The notes under the pieces were generated by a model, which was not told where the DNA came from, did not search any database, and saw only the letters and a list, made by a program, of their open reading frames with translations. DNA of 64,000 bases from Candidatus Ozemobacteraceae bacterium (GTDB taxonomy: Bacteria; Muiribacteriota; Ozemobacteria; Ozemobacterales; Ozemobacteraceae): the NCBI GenBank assembly GCA_965140445.1, contig OZ223236.1, positions 704,001 to 768,000 of the forward strand, given 5' to 3'. The number at the start of each line of letters is the position of its first letter. Positions within the stretch are counted from its first letter, which is position 1. The position numbers were made by a program, and so were the translations under genes. Below, one piece after another: positions 46,141-53,985 of this stretch.

Positions 46141-47264
46141 ATTTTAAACAAACGCCAAAAAAAGTTGGCGGTGCCTGTGGTGACGCCTGGGAGACAATTA
46201 GAACTCCTGAGGCAACAACCGTATTGATTGCTGATGGTATAGGTTCCGGATTAAAAGCTAATATCTATGCCAAAATGACATTGGCACGCATTGTCAGCCT
46301 TATTGAACGAGGATTTTCTTTGCGTCGGGCATTTTCTTCGGTTGTTCAAACCATGCATGAGTCCCGGGGAAAAGATCTTCCCTATGCTGTGTTCTCAGTA
46401 ATCAGAATTTTGAAAAATGGTGAAGCAACTGTGCTTTCGTATGAGATGCCGGAAGCAATTTATGTCAGTAGACACAACGCCTCGGTTATAAAGCGCCGCA
46501 CCCTTACTATCGGAAAAGATGTGGTTAGTGAATCGAATTTATTTCTTGAACCAGGTGAAGGAATATTAATGTTTTCTGATGGTATTTCACAGGCTGGAAC
46601 GGGTATGGAATTTCGTTTTGGCTGGGAGAGTGAAGGTGTTTGCCGATTCGTTAACGAATGTATTAACGAACAGATGTCGTATTCAAAACTTTGCAATGCT
46701 GTTCATGATCAGGCCAGAAATTACTGGCAGGGAACCAGAGGCGATGATTGCACGGTTGTTTCAGCTTTCTGTAGAAAGGGTAAGGTTGTAAATATTTTTA
46801 CAGGCCCGCCTCTCGATAAGTCAGAAGACTCGAAAATAGCATCCAGATTTCTCGCTCAGGATGGAATGAAGATTGTTTGTGGAGCTTCAACAGCTGGCGT
46901 TGTGGCGAGAAAACTTGAAAAAGAACTCGAAATCGAATTGTCCAAAAATAGTATGATTGCGCCACCTGGCTATAAAATTGAAGGAATTGATCTGGTCACA
47001 GAAGGTGCCATCACCCTTAACCAGGTTTACAATATTTTTGACACCGACCCTACCAGATTTGAGCCTGATAGCCCGGTTAGCCAACTTTGTGATGCATTAT
47101 TGTTTGCCGACAAGGTAAGTTTTATTGTTGGACGAACCCAAAACCAGGGTCATGGCGGTATTGCATTTACTCAACGAGGAATTCTGCCCCGCCAGACTAT
47201 AGTCAAATTACTTGCCGAAAAGCTTAAAGAGGCAGGAAAATTGGTACAGATTGAATTTGTTTAG
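46116..47264 (+). CDS. Second SpoIIE/PP2C-type phosphatase (HfsC-like)
   Basis: CGDAW, IADGIGSG, FSDGI, GDDCT; VCGASTA..LVTEG. Confidence 0.88.
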   Translation: MGYIHVEVDFKQTPKKVGGACGDAWETIRTPEATTVLIADGIGSGLKANIYAKMTLARIVSLIERGFSLRRAFSSVVQTMHESRGKDLPYAVFSVIRILKNGEATVLSYEMPEAIYVSRHNASVIKRRTLTIGKDVVSESNLFLEPGEGILMFSDGISQAGTGMEFRFGWESEGVCRFVNECINEQMSYSKLCNAVHDQARNYWQGTRGDDCTVVSAFCRKGKVVNIFTGPPLDKSEDSKIASRFLAQDGMKIVCGASTAGVVARKLEKELEIELSKNSMIAPPGYKIEGIDLVTEGAITLNQVYNIFDTDPTRFEPDSPVSQLCDALLFADKVSFIVGRTQNQGHGGIAFTQRGILPRQTIVKLLAEKLKEAGKLVQIEFV

Positions 47265-47444
47265 GTCTGTTTTATTATCATGTTTAATCTGGTAGTCACC
47301 TATTGGTGACTATTTTGCAGCATCTAACTATGTACCCTTTTTGTTTAATCCACGGTTCCTTTTACATTTTATGCCATGGAATTCTTGACTTGATTAACCA
47401 TTTAAAACCATAATGCCCTTTAGATTAGTATCTGGAGAAGGTTT

Positions 47445-48509
47445 ATGAAATTAACGGGCAGATTTTTAGTGATTGCTGTATTTATGGCTATTTTTTGCTT
47501 CCCAATATTAGCCATTTCTGCGCCAAGAATTGTTATTCTTGCAACTGGTGGAACTATTGCAGGTGCTGGAGCTAGTAGCGACTCCTCCGCCTATACGGCT
47601 TCAAAAATGCCAGTTGATAAACTTTTGTTGGCTGTTCCTGAAATTCACAAAATAGCCAGGATTACTGGTGAGCAAATTTGCAATATTGGTAGCCAGGACA
47701 TGGAGCCAGCTTATTGGATGAAACTGGCGGCTAGAATCGATAAGCTGTTTCGATTAAGATTGGCTGACGGCGTGGTTATAACTCATGGAACCGACACAAT
47801 GGAAGAGACTGCCTATTTCTTGAATCTAATGGTGCGTTTTAATAAGCCAATAGTAATAACTGGTTCAATGAGAGCGTCGACTTCTCTAAGTCCTGATGGC
47901 CCGTTAAATCTTTTAAATGCAGTAGCCGTAGCCGCTAATCCAGAATCTGTTGGCAGAGGGGTTATGGTAGTAATGAATGACAGAATTTTTCCTGCTAGAG
48001 GACTTACTAAGGCCAATACAATTAATCCTCAGGCATTCGCTGTTCCTGATTCCGGTCCAATTGGAATTGTAAGTTATGGCAAAACAAATTTTTTAACCAG
48101 AGCCGAAAGGAAGCATACCTATAATTCTGATTTCAGATTGGATATGATAAAAGAGCCGCTTCCTGAGGTTGCTATTGTTTATGGATATGCAGGAATTTCT
48201 CCGGATATCGTAAAGTCTGTTGTTAATAGTGGAATCAAGGGGCTTGTTTATGCGGGAGTTGGCAATGGAAACCCTTCTGAAAAAGTGATGTCCGTTTTGG
48301 CTGAAGCCAGGAAAAAAGGTGTTTTTATTGTAAGAGCTTCAAGGGTGTATTCAGGACCAGTTACTCTTGATGCTGAGGTTGATGACAACAAATATGGTTT
48401 CATAGTGGCTGACAGGCTTAGTCCTCAGCAGTCCAGAATTTTGCTGATGCTTGCGATTGCTTCTGGTTTTGATCAAAGTCAAATTCAGAAAGCGTTTTTC
48501 AATTACTAA
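47445..48509 (+). CDS. ansB: Type II (secreted) L-asparaginase
   Basis: Signal peptide, ILATGGTIAG, IGSQDM, THGTDTMEETA, GSMR, DGPLNL, GVGNGN. Confidence 0.93.
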   Translation: MKLTGRFLVIAVFMAIFCFPILAISAPRIVILATGGTIAGAGASSDSSAYTASKMPVDKLLLAVPEIHKIARITGEQICNIGSQDMEPAYWMKLAARIDKLFRLRLADGVVITHGTDTMEETAYFLNLMVRFNKPIVITGSMRASTSLSPDGPLNLLNAVAVAANPESVGRGVMVVMNDRIFPARGLTKANTINPQAFAVPDSGPIGIVSYGKTNFLTRAERKHTYNSDFRLDMIKEPLPEVAIVYGYAGISPDIVKSVVNSGIKGLVYAGVGNGNPSEKVMSVLAEARKKGVFIVRASRVYSGPVTLDAEVDDNKYGFIVADRLSPQQSRILLMLAIASGFDQSQIQKAFFNY

Positions 48510-48525
48510 ATGGGAAAGTTACAGA

Positions 48526-49230
48526 ATGAGAAAAAACAAACTACAGAAATTTGCTGAAAACGAAACATTCGCCTGTATGGTGGCTATAGGTCAGAAAGAG
48601 TTTTATAACAAGGATTACGAGCTTAAAGGAAAATGGAACTCAGAATTTTTTAAAAACGGTAATCCATTAGTTCTGGAACTGGGTTGTGGAAGAGGTGAAT
48701 ACACTGTTGCTTTATCCAAAATGTTCCCAGAAAAGAATTTCATGGGAATGGATGTTAAAGGCCATCGAATGTATACCGGGGCAAAAATTGTTAATGAAGA
48801 AAAAATCCCAAATGCTGCATTTATAAGAACCAGAATTGGTATTATCAGATCAATATTTGATAAGGAAGTAAGTGAGATTTGGGTAACCTTTCCGGACCCA
48901 TTTCCCAAGAAAGAAAATCGCCGGTTAATTGCTCCTAAGTTTTTAAACATGTATAGAGAGATTCTTGTAGATGGTGGAATAGTTAATCTGAAAACTGATG
49001 ATCTTGCTCTTTATGAATATTGTAGAGAGCTTGTTAAGTTTAATAATTTGCCGGTGTTGGCTGACACATCTGACCTGTATGGGACTATGGAGCCTTGCAG
49101 GATTCTTGAGGTTAAGACCACTTATGAAAAGCGATTTCTTAAAGAGGGAAAAACCATCAAATACATTTCCTTTAAGGTTGATAGGCATATTGAAGGCCTG
49201 GATGATGAGGCTGAAGACAAAGAAGATTAA
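48526..49230 (+). CDS. trmB: tRNA (guanine-N7)-methyltransferase
   Basis: LELGCGRGEY, EIWVTFPDP, RRL, LKTD, TTYEKRF; start corrected to ATG 48526. Confidence 0.93.
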   Translation: MRKNKLQKFAENETFACMVAIGQKEFYNKDYELKGKWNSEFFKNGNPLVLELGCGRGEYTVALSKMFPEKNFMGMDVKGHRMYTGAKIVNEEKIPNAAFIRTRIGIIRSIFDKEVSEIWVTFPDPFPKKENRRLIAPKFLNMYREILVDGGIVNLKTDDLALYEYCRELVKFNNLPVLADTSDLYGTMEPCRILEVKTTYEKRFLKEGKTIKYISFKVDRHIEGLDDEAEDKED

Positions 49231-49338
49231 TATTTGAGATAGATACTATATATCGGATGAGTCCCGACATATCATAGTGTAGACTCTTAAATATCGTAGG
49301 TTTTATTGAAATGCTTGTTTTTATAGGGGTTTGACGGG

Positions 49339-49355
49339 TTGGCACGATTAATGCT
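49339..49355 (+). promoter_or_regulatory. Sigma-54 (-24/-12) promoter 1
   Basis: TTGGCACGATTAATGCT; GG-N10-GC spacing exact. Confidence 0.75.
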
Positions 49356-49365
49356 CTATTAAATG

Positions 49366-49531
49366 CAACGTGCAAATAACTCTCAAATTCCTAAATAAAG
49401 GAGCAAGCCTATGGAATAGATGGAGGATGACTGGAAGAATCCGGTTTAGCTCCTCCAAGTTGTGAGTTTATAACGAAAATTCTCTCGACCAATAATGCCA
49501 GCCGCCCCTTAACAGGGGCGGCTTTCCTTTT
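49366..49531 (+). ncRNA. Candidate sigma-54-dependent sRNA 1 (GGA-rich, about 165 nt)
   Basis: Lies between promoter 1 and terminator; five GGA in 49400-49435; internal hairpin TGGAGGA..ACTGGA-AGAA-TCCGGT..TCCTCCA. Confidence 0.6.
49500..49531 (+). terminator. Intrinsic terminator of unit 1
   Basis: AGCCGCCCCT-TAAC-AGGGGCGGCT-TTCCTTTT. Confidence 0.85.
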
Positions 49532-49648
49532 AGCTATTTTGCAACTTAAACCCAGAAAAAGACTATAAACCTTTTAAATAAAGGGGTTTACTCAAATTTG
49601 CCTTGCTGAAAGGTTCATAATGAAAAAAAAGTTAGACAGAGCTAATTG

Positions 49649-49665
49649 TTGGCATGCATTTTGCT
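49649..49665 (+). promoter_or_regulatory. Sigma-54 (-24/-12) promoter 2
   Basis: TTGGCATGCATTTTGCT; GG-N10-GC; same downstream CTATTA as promoter 1. Confidence 0.75.
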
Positions 49666-49675
49666 CTATTATTAA

Positions 49676-49910
49676 TATACTTACTTACTGATCTAAATTA
49701 CTCATTACAACCTCTTAATGTAGAGCCATAAGGAGTTTCTAAATAGCGATAACTTTACCTTTTCTACTCATTCTACTCCCTCCAATAAGTCTGATTCCAT
49801 CTGGTGTTAAACCTCGTTAAGTTCAAAGTCTCTCTCCGAGTTCTTCCACGACCTTCACCAGATGGCGTAGATCTCTCGCTCACGGCCCCTATTTTTAGGG
49901 GCTGTTTTTT
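49676..49910 (+). ncRNA. Candidate sigma-54-dependent sRNA 2 (pyrimidine-rich, about 235 nt)
   Basis: Lies between promoter 2 and terminator; perfect stem CCATCTGGTG/CACCAGATGG; repeated TACTCATT and CTCCCTCC tracts; no credible ORF. Confidence 0.6.
49882..49910 (+). terminator. Intrinsic terminator of unit 2
   Basis: ACGGCCCCTA-TTTT-TAGGGGCTGT followed by T tract. Confidence 0.85.
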
Positions 49911-49953
49911 ATTCCATTGATCTGGTTTTTCGTGAAATGGATAAAGCGGGCAT

Positions 49954-49990
49954 AAAAAAAATCAGCCGCCCATTTCGGACGGCTGATTTT
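49954..49990 (-). terminator. Terminator of pruA
   Basis: AAAATCAGCCG..CGGCTGATTTT with an 8-A tract. Confidence 0.85.
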
Positions 49991-49999
49991 CAGTTAGAA

Positions 50000-51640
50000 C
50001 TATTCTTCCAGCATGTGTGGATAGGTGAAATCTGTTGGTGGACAAAAGTTTTCTTTGATTGTGCGTGGGCTAACCCAGCGCAATAGATTTAGTTTGCTTC
50101 CGGCTTTGTCATTGGTGCCACTGGCTCTTGCGCCACCGAATGGCTGCTGACCAACAACTGCTCCGGTTGGTTTGTCGTTAATATAGAAGTTACCAGCGGC
50201 ATTTTCCAACATATCCGTAGCTATTCTAATATTTTCCCTGCTGTCTGAGAAAACCGCGCCTGTTAAAGCATAAGGACTGGTTTGATCAAGGAGATCCAGA
50301 GTTTCGATTTCTTTTCCATCTTCATATACATAAACAGTGAGTACAGGGCCAAAAATTTCTTCTTCCATACTCTTATAGTCTGGAGTTTTGGCTTCAATTA
50401 CAGTTGGGTGGATGAAGTAGCCTTTGCTGTCATCATACTTGCCGCCAATTGCTACTTCTGCATCGCCGCTGGCTTTTGCGCCTTCAATATAAGAAACTAT
50501 TTTATCAAATGATTCTCGGTTTATGACCGCTCCCATGAAGTTTCTGAAGTCGCTTACATCGCCTATTTTTATCTGAGCCATTTTTTCTTCCAGCAATTTT
50601 TTTACTTCTGGCCAAATTGATTTTGGAAGATAGGCTCTACTGGCAGCAGAGCATTTTTGTCCCTGGTATTCAAAAGCGCCTCTAACCATTGCTGTGGCTA
50701 GAGCTTCTTTGTTTGTGTCACTAAAAGAGAAAATAAAGTCTTTCCCGCCAGTTTCGCCAACTATGCGTGGATAGCTTTTGTAAATTCCTGCACTCAGGTT
50801 TTCTCCAACAGTTTTCCACATTGAGTTAAAAACGTTGGTTGAGCCAGTGAAGTGGATTCCGCCAAGATCTCTATGATTAAGAACTACTTTGCCGATTTTG
50901 CTTCCGCGACCAGGAATCATGTTAATAACCCCATCTGGTAAGCCAGCTTCTTTTAGTATCTGCATAATGTAATAAGCGCTTAAAACAGCAGAGCTGGAAG
51001 GCTTGAATACACATACATTGCCCATTAGAGCAGGGGCTCCGACGAGATTTCCGGCAATAGCGGTAAAGTTAAAAGGTGTAATTGCGAAAACAAAACCTTC
51101 TAGTGGTCTATAATGAAGCTTATTCCAAATTCCTTCCGGATTAATTTCCGGCTGAGAAGAATAAATATCCTGCATGTAGCCAGTATTGAATCTCCAAAAA
51201 TCAATAAGTTCACAGGCAGAGTCTATTTCAGCCTGATAAGCAGTTTTACTTTGTCCAAGCATGGTGGCGGCGTTTAAAAGTGGTCTGTATTTTTTTGAAA
51301 GAAGTTCAGCAGCGCGCATAAAAATCGCCATTCTATCTTCTTTGCATACTTTCGCCCAGGTTTCTCTGGCATTTAAAGCGCTGTTTATAGCAAGCTGAAT
51401 TTCTTCTTCGCCGGCCAGATGATAAACACCAAGATCAAGGCTATGATCATGTGGACATTCAATCTTGGCAGTGTTTCCCGTTCTGATTTCTTTTCCACCA
51501 ATAATGATGGGAATATCCATGCGGGTATTTTTTTGTCGCTCTAGCTCTGCTTTTAATAGCTTCTTTTCTGCTGATCCAGGAGCGTAATTGAGAATAGGTT
51601 CGTTTTGGGGTTTGTAAGGGTTCAAAATACAGTTGCTCAT
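50000..51640 (-). CDS. pruA: L-glutamate gamma-semialdehyde (P5C) dehydrogenase
   Basis: NEPILNYAPGS, QAEIDSACELIDFWRFN, PFNFTAI, GETGGKDF, FEYQGQKCSA, EEIFGP, GQQPFGGARASGTNDK. Confidence 0.96.
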   Translation of the reverse strand: MSNCILNPYKPQNEPILNYAPGSAEKKLLKAELERQKNTRMDIPIIIGGKEIRTGNTAKIECPHDHSLDLGVYHLAGEEEIQLAINSALNARETWAKVCKEDRMAIFMRAAELLSKKYRPLLNAATMLGQSKTAYQAEIDSACELIDFWRFNTGYMQDIYSSQPEINPEGIWNKLHYRPLEGFVFAITPFNFTAIAGNLVGAPALMGNVCVFKPSSSAVLSAYYIMQILKEAGLPDGVINMIPGRGSKIGKVVLNHRDLGGIHFTGSTNVFNSMWKTVGENLSAGIYKSYPRIVGETGGKDFIFSFSDTNKEALATAMVRGAFEYQGQKCSAASRAYLPKSIWPEVKKLLEEKMAQIKIGDVSDFRNFMGAVINRESFDKIVSYIEGAKASGDAEVAIGGKYDDSKGYFIHPTVIEAKTPDYKSMEEEIFGPVLTVYVYEDGKEIETLDLLDQTSPYALTGAVFSDSRENIRIATDMLENAAGNFYINDKPTGAVVGQQPFGGARASGTNDKAGSKLNLLRWVSPRTIKENFCPPTDFTYPHMLEE

Positions 51641-51811
51641 CTTCCATCCTTCAAAATAGATTTTTTATTGTTACCATTTTACCTGATAATTTTGTAAAAA
51701 TACAAAGATCCTTGTTGTGTCGATAAAACCACGGTGTGTGGAGGAAAAATGGTTGAATCGACATAAATATATACAGATAAATTTGGTTTAAGTCAGAAAC
51801 AGATAATGGAG

Positions 51812-51846
51812 TGAAACGGTCTCTTTTTATGGAAAAGACCGTTTCA
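51812..51846 (-). terminator. Stem-loop after the hypothetical gene
   Basis: TGAAACGGTCT...AGACCGTTTCA; weak U-tract. Confidence 0.5.
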
Positions 51847-51857
51847 AGGCCTGAAAG

Positions 51858-52325
51858 TTACAGTTTGTAATCAATAATGGCCGAAATGCCCACGCCATAA
51901 ACTCTTTTTAGTTCTGTTGGGTTAAGAGAGCTGGTAGGAACTAAAGCTTGAATGTTAAATTTGTGCCCTTTGTCCAGCATGGACGAAATTGATAAAACAG
52001 CTTTTACCCGGTTTACATCTTCTGTCGGGCCTGTTACCTGACAGGCGCCAGCTTCAACACCTTGTCCAAATGTTAATATTGGAACAACTTTTGTTGCAGA
52101 ACGGTTTGGAATTCCTTTGTTTGCTAATATGCCATTAATAAAAGTATTCAACTCTTTTCCAAACTGGTTGATTAGCAATATTATTCCCGCTCCGGTAAGA
52201 ACTTTTTGCAGTGTTTTTTCAGCTCCTCCAAGTTTTATTTTAGGTAGCTTTAGAGCATCAGCTGGTTGTATTAAAAGAAAGCAGATAAATGCAGCAAGAA
52301 TAGTTGTTAAAATTGATTTTTTCAT
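51858..52325 (-). CDS. Hypothetical secreted protein
   Basis: Signal peptide ending PADA; GAGG SD; 155 aa. Confidence 0.7.
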   Translation of the reverse strand: MKKSILTTILAAFICFLLIQPADALKLPKIKLGGAEKTLQKVLTGAGIILLINQFGKELNTFINGILANKGIPNRSATKVVPILTFGQGVEAGACQVTGPTEDVNRVKAVLSISSMLDKGHKFNIQALVPTSSLNPTELKRVYGVGISAIIDYKL

Positions 52326-52445
52326 TTGTTTACCTCTACATTTTTATTTCTATAGTGAAATTCTATACCTGTAACTGGTGCAATGCAATCTGATGAATTT
52401 TCGCTATTTAGCTTGTAATGCGAAGAAGATTTTGCAATAAGTTGG

Positions 52446-52473
52446 AAAAAAAAGGGCCTGCCAGGCAGGCCCT
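52446..52473 (-). terminator. Terminator of the EF-hand gene
   Basis: AGGGCCTGC-CAG-GCAGGCCCT preceded by an A tract on the plus strand. Confidence 0.75.
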
Positions 52474-52550
52474 AAATCCGGTGAGAGGATTTGGAGATAT
52501 AAACAAGGTTACCGAATGGTTGTAAGCTTCAGTAACCTGAGGGGACTAAA

Positions 52551-53195
52551 TTATCTGCGTCTTTTTCCGCCTTTTCGGCCAAAGCCACGTTTTCCCTTCA
52601 TTTCTGTTTTCATTGCTTCTTTTTCGGTGTCGCTGAGAGTTCCGTCGCCGTCAGTGTCAAATTTCTGCAACATTTGCTGCTGTCTGTCACCATTTTTGGT
52701 GCCTCTTTGGCTTTGTCTGGCGGCTTTCATTGCTTCTTTTTCGGTGTCGCTGAGGGTTCCGTCGCCGTCAGTGTCAAATTTCTGCAACATTTGCTGCTGC
52801 CTGTCACCATTTTTAGTGCCTCTTTGGCTTTGTCTGGCGGTTTTCATTGCTTCTTTTTCGGTGTCGCTTAGAGTTCCGTCACCGTCAGTGTCAAATTTCT
52901 TAATCATTTCCTGATACCTTGGATTGTTTGCTCTTGAAGCTTCCATGGCTGCTTTTTCAGTTTCACTGAGGGTTCCGTCGCCATTGGTATCAAATTTTTT
53001 GATCATATCTTGCATGTTTCCATGCCCTCTGCTTCTATCGCCTTTTTGAAAGTCGCTCTGGGATGGAGATCCCCATGAGCCTACGAATGATACTGGATCG
53101 CTGTTCTCTGAATTTGAAGTTGCTTCAGCTAGAACGGAAGAATTAAGAGATACTAAGCCAGCTAAGATTCCTATTAGTGCTAATTTCTTTTTCAT
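52551..53195 (-). CDS. Secreted EF-hand repeat protein (4 canonical Ca-binding loops)
   Basis: Signal peptide; four copies of DT(D/N)GDGTLS(D/E)TE; SD AGGAGG. Confidence 0.88.
   Translation of the reverse strand: MKKKLALIGILAGLVSLNSSVLAEATSNSENSDPVSFVGSWGSPSQSDFQKGDRSRGHGNMQDMIKKFDTNGDGTLSETEKAAMEASRANNPRYQEMIKKFDTDGDGTLSDTEKEAMKTARQSQRGTKNGDRQQQMLQKFDTDGDGTLSDTEKEAMKAARQSQRGTKNGDRQQQMLQKFDTDGDGTLSDTEKEAMKTEMKGKRGFGRKGGKRRR
52609..52900. repeat. 117-bp (39-aa) intragenic tandem repeat, about 2.5 units
   Basis: CATTGCTTCTTTTTCGGTGTCGCT at 52611, 52728 and 52845. Confidence 0.92.
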
Positions 53196-53213
53196 TGGAT
53201 TTCCTCCTGGAAA

Positions 53214-53786
53214 TTATAAGTCTGATTCCATTATGTCTTCGTTAGATGAATCAACGGGGTCCTGTTGATAGAATGGTGGAGGCGGAGGTGGCATCATATG
53301 CCTACCCATTCCATGTCTACCCATCCCATGTTTTCCCATAAAGAATTTCATGTGGGATTTTCTCATTTCATCCATTTTTTTCAACTGATCTTCTGAAAGG
53401 ATTTTTTCCAGTTCCTTTTTCATTTCCAGATGCATTAACATTCCCTGTTCCATTTTTTTGGATATTTCAGAAACAAAGGACTTTACCTCTTCTGGTGATT
53501 CAGGTTTTTTCAGTTCAGGCATCTTATGTCCTTTGCCCATTCCTAATAGTTCAGCTTTCTTTGAAAATTTTTGGAAAACCATTCTCAATTGGATTAACTG
53601 AGTGTTGGAAATTCCTATTTCATCGGCAAATTTAAAAAACTCAAACATTGGCATTACATGCATGCCTCTTCCCATTTTATGTAGCTGATGGCCTTTTCGC
53701 ATTACGGACGTATCCGCTGAATATATTGCAAATCCGGTTGCTAATGAAAACAGTGCTAGAAAATAAACAAATCTTGGTAATTTCAT
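53214..53786 (-). CDS. Spy/CpxP-like periplasmic protein, Met/His-rich
   Basis: Signal peptide; LTxxQ-like motifs GISNTQ and ILSEDQ; HGMGRHGMGRHMM; divergent from a CpxR-like gene. Confidence 0.65.
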   Translation of the reverse strand: MKLPRFVYFLALFSLATGFAIYSADTSVMRKGHQLHKMGRGMHVMPMFEFFKFADEIGISNTQLIQLRMVFQKFSKKAELLGMGKGHKMPELKKPESPEEVKSFVSEISKKMEQGMLMHLEMKKELEKILSEDQLKKMDEMRKSHMKFFMGKHGMGRHGMGRHMMPPPPPPFYQQDPVDSSNEDIMESDL

Positions 53787-53828
53787 AAAAGTCCCCCTTT
53801 TTCGATGCTTTATTATAATTTATCTTAG

Positions 53829-53906
53829 CTTAATTTGGGCTTAAGCCTCATTAAATCAATGTTAAGAAATGTTAACCCTTGTGTTTTGCTCTTAATAAAA
53901 CTTAAC
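53829..53906. promoter_or_regulatory. Helically phased TTAA direct repeats (candidate OmpR-family boxes)
   Basis: TTAA at 53830, 53841, 53851, 53862, 53872, 53892 and 53902; includes GTTAA-N5-GTTAA and CTTAA-N5-CTTAA. Confidence 0.55.
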
Positions 53907-53985
53907 CTTTTGTTCGTGTAACTTCACTTGCTTGCCAGATCAAATTGCAGCAGAATTAAATTAGAAACTAATTTGGAGATTTATA

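Noticed and set aside
49172..49375. 67-aa minus-strand ORF in the sRNA gap
   Set aside because: Overlaps the trmB 3' end antisense and has no SD or recognisable motif
49411..49473. Two in-frame TAG codons in an SD-led frame (M-E-amber-MEDDWKNPV-amber-LLQVVSL-ochre), suggesting amber recoding
   Set aside because: TAG is an ordinary stop for many conserved genes in this window (e.g. hydA, aspS, pruA), and no pyl genes are visible
52516..52914. Plus-strand repetitive ORFs (132 aa and 65 aa)
   Set aside because: Antisense shadows of the EF-hand repeat gene
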